A stretch of DNA of 64,000 nucleotides from the human T2T-CHM13v2.0 reference genome, Homo sapiens. Of this stretch, positions 53,471 to 64,000 are shown in pieces. The stretch lies in assembly GCF_009914755.1 (NCBI RefSeq), contig NC_060925.1, one strand, 5' to 3'. Position numbers and translations under genes: made by a program. The notes under the pieces are model-generated. The model was given only the letters and a program-made list of their open reading frames with translations. It had not been told where the DNA came from and ran no database searches. How positions within the stretch are numbered: position 1 is the stretch's first letter; each line of letters opens with the position of its first letter.

Positions 53471-54769
53471 GTTATTGCTGCAACCTTTTAAGCATTTGAT
53501 GACTCCCAACCACATAGTGTAAAACTAAAAAACCTGCCATAGCCTGTAGGTCTCAGATCTCTGTCTTCTACCTTTCTCAACTTTTTAACGTCCCCACTTG
53601 CCATTTTGTAATCAGAATAAGCGCTCTCATGTTTTGACCTATTATCTGCTTATCTTTTCTAGCACTGTTCACAACTGGCAATTATGTATTCAATTCTTGC
53701 TTACCTTAATAATTTTACTCCCTTACTGAATTATAATTTACATTAGTTCTTAGTATAGTCTGACAGACTGTGGCTTCCTGGTAATTTTTTAAAAAATAAC
53801 ATAAGAACTATAACAAGAAGAAAACATACCAATAAAATTAAGACTAGATGTTAATCAGGATAATGGAATTACCTCCAACATGTGTGCCGTACTGAATAAT
53901 TTCAGACTTATAAAAGTTATTTTACATAGTAATTCTTTATTTGAAAATATGATTATATTTGATGCAGTGACTTTCCTTAAAATATGCTAAAACCATTAGA
54001 ATTAAATAGATTTTTGCCATAAAGTGGCCTGTTCCATTTTGCAAAGTACAAGTGCTTTAAAATAGTGGCTGATGGGTCTCTGGGTCTGGGTACAAATTCA
54101 ATATTTAATCTCAATATATAAATACAAGCATTCCATTAATTTATTCAAATGGGATTTATGTGAGTCATTTTTTTTTTTGTCCCACATATCTAATCAGTTT
54201 TTTGACTTTCTGGTCCTATGGTTGTGAAAGCAAAACTAAAAGAAAGAAAATGGAAGGGCTAAGAGTTTCAACCACTATGATATTTTTTAAACTCTTTTTG
54301 TCTTTTCTGTCATCCCCCAACATTTAGCTTGATACCACAAGCCTTTTCACCTTAGAGACAAAATAAGATTAAAATCTAAATGTATGGTCCTCAAAAATGT
54401 CATTATCACATTGGTGCAACATATAATACTGAAAGGGTGATTTTAAAATTCTTTTCTAAAACCACCAGTTACCAACATATTTACTAAATAGGCGTGGGCT
54501 TATCAGGAATTTACAATATGTTACAAAATGTATAGTTAAGTTCTAGATTCATATAATTTGTGCATGTATACAATTGATTTGAATATATGCATAACTAAGC
54601 TTGAGTATTCTAAATTTTATTTTTAAAACATTGACTTTAAAAAACTTGAAAATAATATAATAATTTGGCTTAATACAGCATAACTTTGCAAAATACACAC
54701 AGATTAACAGAAACCATAAGGTCTTCAAGAACATTGCTAGCTATTTTGAGTATTTGCTTACAGTGGTAA

Positions 54770-55132
<363 letters not shown>

Positions 55133-55469
55133 AAATTTTATAGTTTTGACAGAGATCCACTGCAATAGGGAAAAGGGAAGCTAGAATGTAAGAAATATTT
55201 TTCTATGTTGTAGCTGTATGCTTTCTTAAATAAAAATACAGTGTATCTATGACGTCTTATATCAGTGAATTTCACAGAAACAATTGTAAATTATGACAAA
55301 GAACATCCTAGTAATGTGTTAATGATGTTACATAGGAGGGTATTGACATGGCTGTTTCAGTCAAATGGAGAGCAAAGCTATCTTACGGCCTAACATACGC
55401 CTTCATCCCTGTAAACGGGTAGAAAAGTAGCAGAGCTGGCCAACATCACACTGACCATGCCCAGAGCAT

Positions 55470-55720
55470 TATACCATCATTGTCATCGATCGTCATCACA
55501 TCATTATTTGATAACACAGTATTATTATGTATCATTGTGTAATGTATTACATACCATAAGATTGCATGAGTATTATATATCATTACTATTATGTATTTAT
55601 ATCATCTGCCAATTATTATATATTTTATAGTTATATACCTTTCTAATCATTATCATAGTTATATCATAATCACTCCCGATATTCATCACTCCTCATGTGC
55701 ACCCTCATTATATTCCCTTA
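55470..55720. repeat. Degenerate (ATC/ATT)n low-complexity tract
   Basis: Repeated catcat/attatt/tatcat words. Confidence 0.7.
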
Positions 55721-56109
55721 CCAAAATTATAACCCAGATTAAATATGAATTTCCACCTGTCTCATGCATGTATGATGAAGATAAACATGGCTATAGATAA
55801 ATACATAAATACGCTGACTGAGACCACTTGACAACTGATTGGGTACTGAATCTGGCTTCACTAGTCAATTTCAGTCTTGAAAACCTCAAATGTCTATTCC
55901 ACATTTTTTTCCCATCTTCCTATTTCCAGCACCTCCTCCCCATCTTCAATCTTGAGGACAATGCTTTCTTTTTAACTGAGAAAATTAAAATAATAATATG
56001 AAGACTCCCTGAATCACATCTGTGTACATGCGGCTCTGGTGTTCCCATACCATATTCAGACTCTCTTCCTCTTATGATAGTTGAACTAAGAATGCATGCT
56101 ATGATCCCA

Positions 56110-56735
56110 TGTAATCTTAACCTGGGATCATGGCGTCTGGATAGAAATCACACAGTCGATAAACTTGGATAGGAGGGAGGAAAAACTAAGCCTATTTTTA
56201 TCTTTGTTACTAATCACTGACAAAAATGAGCATTTCCTTCAATTGTGTAATAAATGTAGGTAACAAACTATGGTTGTATTAGCAGACAGTGTGGCTTTAT
56301 CACCAATATTTTTATATCATATTACAGATGGTACAGGTATCTTGAAATGTCTTCAACTCTTTTCACTGTCATGCAAAGTCATTATAGCTAACATTTAAGC
56401 TAAGCAAAAGTAACCTTCAAATTTACATTCCCTAAAATAATAAAGTTAAATTTAATTTGTTGACATTATGTTGTTTTCCTTATTTAAATAATTAAAAATG
56501 AGCATATATTAACATATTATAAATTGTTTAAAATATTTTGATGACTGTATTTGAATTTAATTTTTTATAATCTTATGTAATTCATTTTATGCATTTAGAA
56601 TTATTAATTATAAGGAGCCCATAGGTATCTACAGAGCTTCAATGGGTCCATGGAGTGTAAACACACACCCACACATCCATGAGCACACACACACTCATGA
56701 TCATACACATACAAACACAGATTGAGAGCCCTTGA
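56110..56735. mobile_element. MER113-like hAT-Charlie element
   Basis: 'aaacttggataggag', 'gcatttccttcaatt', 'gtggctttatcaccaata', 'gggtccatgg', terminal 'ttgagagcccttg'. Confidence 0.55.
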
Positions 56736-56754
56736 TCTAAAACCATATACCGTC

Positions 56755-57503
<749 letters not shown>

Positions 57504-58019
57504 AAGGTTGTACCACACTCAGTAACTACTGAAAGTTTCTAGGATGATTCCTTGCCATGTGAAAACCAGATGTTCTGTCTCTCTGTGCATCACAGACATA
57601 TGCAGGCAACACCTCACAATCACCCAGGGTTTTGATAGATGTACTCTATTTGATAATTACTGGTCAGAGTTATGCAATCCATTTGATAATTTATATACTG
57701 CTATTCACAAAATGTAAAATTAAAATTTCTGTAATATGTTATTTGTTGTGAAGTAAACCTATAAAAACAAACAAATCACATTGTGATTTTTTGCAGCAGG
57801 ACTAGTAAATTGGTGCAACTATTTTGGCTCTCACTAAAATTCAAGCACGCATTAATTTGTATGTGCGCCTATCAAATCAATATAATCTTAAAATTGTTCT
57901 GTGGTCAAAATATGTTTCAAAAAATTCTGCTTAATAAAACTTATTCTGCCTTGCATTATAAAAAAAATGGTGAGTAAGGCAGAATCTATGCATATAAAAA
58001 AATAAAAGTAAAACCATAC

Positions 58020-58740
58020 GCCACTCTTTCCAATTGAGCACTTTATTCCATTCGCTCTCACCTACTCAAGGACAGCCTTTAACAAACACATCCGTCTCTG
58101 TTTATATTAACATTTATTATCTTACAACTAGATCATTCCCATTAGCTTACCATTATTTCTATTTTCTTTAAACACACACACGCAGAGAGAAAGAAACAAA
58201 CAGAAAAGGGTTTGTTTAACTTCACTTTTCTAAAAGCTACCGTCTTATCTCTTTGTTCCACTTGGCATCAAAACCAGAAGAACTTTCTATATTCACTGGG
58301 GCTGCTTTTCCTCTTCCCAATTTCCTTTAAACCTATTTTAATCAAGCTTTCTCTTCATCACTCTTCCAAACAGTACCAGCTATGATCACTAATTATATCC
58401 ATGTTTCAAATTGCAATGATCTATACGTGATCTTCCTGTTATGATCTATCAACACATTTTCATGTACTTTCTTGATTTAGTTCTTGTTTCTTTTTTCCTG
58501 TTTCATTGGTTCCTTCTGAGCTATCTCCTTTTTTCCCAAATACTGAATGTAGAAGTGCCACTAGACCCAGTCATTGCTTGTAATTTACTCTTTATCTAAC
58601 TCACTCTCTTGTACATTTTATTAGACCTCTGGCTTTTAATATCATCAATAGCTAAAGACTGCCAATTTTATTCCTTTAGCTAAAACTCTTTCCAGAATAC
58701 TAGGCTCACAATCTGTGTAATTGACATCTACCACTGTAGT
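58020..58740 (+). mobile_element. L2 ORF2-region fragment
   Basis: 'cacctactcaaggaca', 'tatccatgtttcaaattgcaatg', 'ggcttttaatatcatcaatagct', 'ttgacatctacc'. Confidence 0.55.
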
Positions 58741-60283
58741 AGTAGAGTTGAAAAATTTTCTAGACACAAAATCTAACTATGAACAGAGAATAGAAAATAT
58801 TTGACTATATAGAGAGTTCATGCATATTGTTCAGACACGGTGCTCTATATTGCTCAGATTTTCAAAGAATAATAATTCTACCTTCTGTAAATACTGAAAT
58901 ATAAAAACCAACATCAATAAAATAAAATACTATGGCTTATAATTTTTTAACTTTTATTTAGTAAATCAAGTAGTGTGGTGTTTTTAAAAATTCCATGAGA
59001 ATTTGTCAAGGGACACAATGCCTGACGCCTAATGTCCAATTACCAAAAATGTATGTGCAGGTAAACAAGTGACCATTACCATAATTTTCCTGATATATTC
59101 TTGATGCTTATCTCTTTAAATATCTTTCATTTCTTTTTTATTCACTTGGTTATTTTATTAGTAGAATATCTTCTTAACGAAAAAATAATAGTGTTACTTG
59201 TTCACTCTGATACCACAAAAAAAATGAAAGTAAAAAAACCAAAATGGCCTTCTGAGGCTGTGTGTATATGTACGCATATATGTATGTAGGCTTATACATG
59301 GTATATATCTATAATTAGTAATATATATTTTGCATAATATGTATGCCAAAATTTGTTTCATGTATATAACAAATACATACATAAAACATTTGTATGCACA
59401 TCACAAAATGGGATATACTGTAAGTTATTATTAAACAACTAAACTCTAATCGAGGTGATTTCAGTAAAATCTGAGGGCAGTAAGACCGCAATGTAATGAC
59501 AGTAATATATGTGATCCTGACCAACTATGTCATGCTCTGTCCTTAGGAAAACTGTGCTAGTAGAGTTAGGCTGAGCTTCTTAAAATGTAAAAATGGAAAC
59601 TCCATGAGAATTTGTTTACTTACCTATCACTTTAAAGGGACACAGTCATGTGACCTTTTTCCATACAGGATTCTACTGTAAGGAAATGGAGCTGATACGT
59701 ATGTTTGACTACAATTTCACTATGATCATCAATTATAATAGTAACCGATACATAGTAAGACTTCAGCACATATTTGATGCATGAATTATCTAGATGGAAT
59801 TTTTTGTTAAGGATATTGTATTCTGTATACCTTTACTAAAATTCAATTTTTAACCAAGCATCTAATCACTGTTTAGTTCTAAAACTGGTAAGTGTTCCCT
59901 GCACTGTGATTATGAATATTGTGGTCTTATTAAAAGATGGGCTCCTTTGAAAACGATTAAATTGTCTCTCTGGCTTAGGTATTAGTCCCTTGTATTTTTG
60001 ATTATGACAAACTGTTCATCAAATGCCATGCTCTTAATGCACTAGGATAAAATTGAGTTTCTGTTACTATAAAGTCAAGCGTCAGACTTTAGTCCATGGT
60101 GATCTTATTAAGACAGCGTCACCTATGAAGGCCCATTCAGCCAATCAAGAAAAACAACTCTTGTTTTTCAACTCCATTGTATTTTTCTCTAATTTGGTCT
60201 TGAGGTCTTGCTCAGGAGTGGGGCTACAAACTTCAGCTCTGTTCTGACAGGGCCCCAGGCCAAGTGGATGTGTATAGTCTAGC

Positions 60284-61024
60284 TTTCACAGGATACTTCT
60301 TCGTCCTGGTGGATGGCCTAATGACCTGTGACCAGGTGTCCCTCTCACAGGAAACTTATTTATACTGGCAGAAGCCTTTATGGCTCTTGTCCTAGTCATT
60401 CTCTAGGAGAGGAGCTCTGACTAGGAGGAGAGTTAAGTTCAGGTGTGTCAGTGAGTTTAGACACAGAGGAGGCAACTCAACAAAACACATGATAAAACAG
60501 AAGCAGTATGTTACTTACCGGTCCCGGAAAGCAGAGGGCAGCACACCTTGGATGGACTAATGGGAAAAGGGAGATGGCAGGGACGTGCTTGCTCAACCAG
60601 CAAGTAGTGGGGCATGAGAGACAGCAGACAGCAAGGGCTGTGAAGGCTGAAGACTTTACTGACTCCAGGGCATTACCCTATCAGGTTTCCCATGGGGATT
60701 TCTAACTGGTGAGTCTAGAGCGAACAGGGATGAGTCCTGTGGAGCCACACCATGACTGAGTGGTGGTCACTGCAGCATATTTGTGCAATCCATGCAGGGT
60801 GTGGGGGTCAGTCAAATAGCCTTTGTCTAGCTGTCCGATATGGATGTAGTCAACAGAAGGTGGTTGTATACTGCAGATATCTGGATCAACCACCTTGAGA
60901 AACTAGGAGGGGGTGGAGGATCTGAAACTGTGTCAAGGATGACTAAGCCCTTCTTGAATGAAGAAGTCGAACCTATATTCAACAAGGATGCTGATGAAAT
61001 ATGAAATTATAAATATTCACTACA
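60284..61024 (-). mobile_element. MER54/MER74-group ERVL solo LTR
   Basis: 'gaccaggtgtccctctcacaggaaacttatttatactggcag'; minus strand starts tgtagtgaatatttataatttcata. Confidence 0.7.
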
Positions 61025-61249
61025 AGCAATCACTAACTGAAACAAAATATGTAAGCCAAGATATACAAAGGCTATCCCATTATAAAACAGTTTTGTTGTT
61101 ATTTTTATATGATATAGATGTTTCATTACTTCATTGACTCAATAAGCATTAATTGCTTTCTCTAGCCAAGCTCTTCATGAGGCACTGAGGATATTAAAGA
61201 GAATAGTGCACATTGCAAACCCTGCAACTTTAAAATAATTTTAAAATAG

Positions 61250-63180
61250 CATACTTTTCAAAGGAGTAGAGAATACATGATGGGTCTTGATAGGACCCTG
61301 AGATCCACATGCAAACATTCTCTCCTCTGAGAGTGCCCCATAGTCTGTGTGGCACACCAGAAATGGCAACAAGCATCAGTCTTCTTGGGATATAGAATTA
61401 TGGTCCAAATTTAGGACCGCTAGAAGGAAGAAAGGGGATGAACAAAGTAACGAGAAAGAAAGGCTCAATTCAGCATTCAGATAGAGACCGCTTTGGTTTC
61501 CGTTTCAACTCTGCATGCATGAGATGAGATGAGAAGAGGCACAGTAGAAAACAGCATATGGAAAGTTGGAACATTTTAGCAAATTCCCAGTACTGGGAAA
61601 AAAAAGGTTTAAATTTTTTATCATATCAATTGAGAGGAGATTTTAATAGGGATTTATAATAAGACTCCAGAATGATAATTTTTTAAGCAATTAGGACCAA
61701 ATTCAAGAGTAAGAATCACGCTGTACAATTAAAGGAAAAACATATTTAAATGTGCTTTAACAAAACCTAAAACAAAGCAGACAGCATCAAGGTGATTGTG
61801 CCTGCTAGAAGAAAAGTTAGCATTCTTAAAAGGAAGAAAAAATAATCCAGAGTCTTTACAATTAGCCTATAAAATGACCAGTAGGAAATTTTTTTAAAAA
61901 GCATAGGCAGGCAAATAAGCAGAAAGATGTGGGGTATAATCAAGAGGAAAAAAATATCATTAGGAGCAAGCCAGAGATGACATGTATTATAATAATCAGA
62001 GAAAGAGTGTAAAATAATGCTAACAAATATTTTAAAGTTATATGGGAAAAGATGGATTTAGTGAGTAAAGAAAATAAAAACTTTAGAAGAGATATGGAAA
62101 CTTTAAATAAGAATGAGATCAAAATCCCAAAACTGAAAAACATTTGAAATCAAATATTTTATCAGATTATTTCTGCTTCCAGCCATGACTAAGGGAGGGG
62201 TTTGTAGCTAACCCATCCTCTGTAAACAAGTGTTAAACTGGAAAAATTATATCGACCCATTAATTCACACACTGGACAGGAAAGATGTGGAGTTTTGAAA
62301 CTTGAGAGAAGGAAAACACATGCAGCGAGCTTCACATTCATTTAAGCTTTCTGTTCTCAAGTATTTTTCAAATTATGGCATAAGGAAATGGAGTCTAAAC
62401 AGTAACAATCCCGTTGTGTAGAGGGAAAGAGGATTACCGTTCAGAATTACTGAGGCAGATGCAATATTTAGAGACAAAGAGAGAAGGTAGCTACTCAGAG
62501 AAACAGCTCCCCAAATTTGTTTAGAGGACGCCTTGAGTATTTCACTAACTAGTAAACTGGAAATACTCAGGGCAGTACTCTGCACCATTTTGCCAAGGAC
62601 AGACATAAAGAGGTGGGAGATTAATGATGATTCTGGACACCGCACAATTTTAGGAGGTTGTGGAGGTCCAACCTCCGGAAAAGAAACAGCTTAATGAATC
62701 GCTAGGCACTAAGTTGAGACCCTAGAAGGACGTGGTCTAAGGAATAGAGTTCGGTTTGCTTTAAATTGAGAATGACTTCATATCCCAATCAAAATGCCTA
62801 ACATGAAGCAACTAAGACTCATCAAGTTCAAGCTCATTTGCCAGAAAATTATCTGCCTTCAAGACCAAAATTAAACAGTCTTTAAAGAACATCAACAAAA
62901 TCCAGAAAATGAATAAGGTGGCATCTACAATATTTACCATAAATCAAAAAATTACTGGATATGCAATAAAGCAGAATATGACATACAACTAGGAGAAAAA
63001 CCAGTCAATTAAAATATACCCATATATGACAATGTTAGAATTAGAATACAATTACTTTAAAACAGTTATTAAAATATTTTCAAGGACATAAATGAAAATT
63101 TATCTGTGAACCGACAGAGAATATTTGCAGAAATTGTTAACTAGTGAAATGTAAATGGGGAAAACTTTTTTACTTGACCA
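61250..63180 (+). mobile_element. Old L1 5'/ORF1-region fragments
   Basis: 'ttctgcttccagccatg', 'caacaaaatccaga', 'ctaggagaaaaaccagtcaat', 'atgttagaattaga'. Confidence 0.5.
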
Positions 63181-63467
63181 GTGTCTCAAATACAAAGTTT
63201 ATGAAATAAATGTAGATTACTTTAATGACACTATAATTAATATGCATTCTTTTAAATGAACCACTCCCCAAATAAAACAAAACAAATCTAAATCAAAGAA
63301 GAGAGAACTCTGTCAGATGAAGATGTGTGTTCATCTTGGATATTGGTGTAACGTGTAAAGACCAGACTGGATATAGAGAACAGGGAACTCATACGCTATT
63401 GGTGGGAATGTAAATTAGTACCACCATTACAGAAAACAGTGTGAAAGTTCCCCAAAAAACTAAAGTA

Positions 63468-63795
<328 letters not shown>

Positions 63796-63805
63796 TCACT
63801 ACTGA

Positions 63806-63947
63806 GTTTTGTTTTGTTTTGTTTTTAATTAGAGTCAGAGTCTCCCTACATTGACCAGGCTGGACTCCTACTTCTGACCTCAAGCAATCTTCCCAGCTCA
63901 GTCTCCCACATAGCAAGGACTGCAGTTGCATGCCACTGAGCCCAGCT
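63806..63947 (-). mobile_element. FLAM (Alu monomer) with (GTTTT)n tail
   Basis: Single antisense monomer 'ttgaccaggctggactcc...gccactgagcccagct'. Confidence 0.8.
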
Positions 63948-64000
63948 ATTAGTGAGTATTCATCCAAAGGAAAGGAAAACAGTCTATCAAAAGAATACCT

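Overview
This is primate (human-like), AT-rich, repeat-dominated intergenic DNA. I found no intact protein-coding gene, RNA gene, CRISPR array or prokaryotic feature. Recognisable content: (1) an old, intronless minus-strand processed pseudogene of MIPEP (mitochondrial intermediate peptidase, ~47.45-49.63 kb) that the ORF track misses; (2) a full-length Tigger1 (31.0-36.5 kb) holding three nested retroviral inserts: THE1, a one-ended HERV-K(HML-2) env-3'LTR piece and LTR10; (3) a Tigger2 interrupted by a HUERS-P3/MER61-like provirus (LTR, tRNA-Pro PBS, gag-pro-partial RT), itself hit by an Alu at the LTR/PBS boundary and by THE1A at the gag start; (4) many Alus, L1/L2 fragments, solo LTRs and DNA-transposon MITEs; (5) local templated duplications that repeat annotation does not explain: a ~97%-identical 212-bp inverted repeat at 5.4/6.0 kb and a three-copy direct+inverted duplication at 26.9-29.0 kb. 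From memory, a ~2.2-kb HML-2 remnant next to a MIPEP pseudogene suggests human 1q43 (MIPEPP2); this needs a BLAT check. Subfamily names come from recalled consensus motifs and need RepeatMasker/Dfam confirmation. I cannot support a claim of a new biological system. The best leads are the duplications and a possible LTR10-driven chimeric HML-2 unit.
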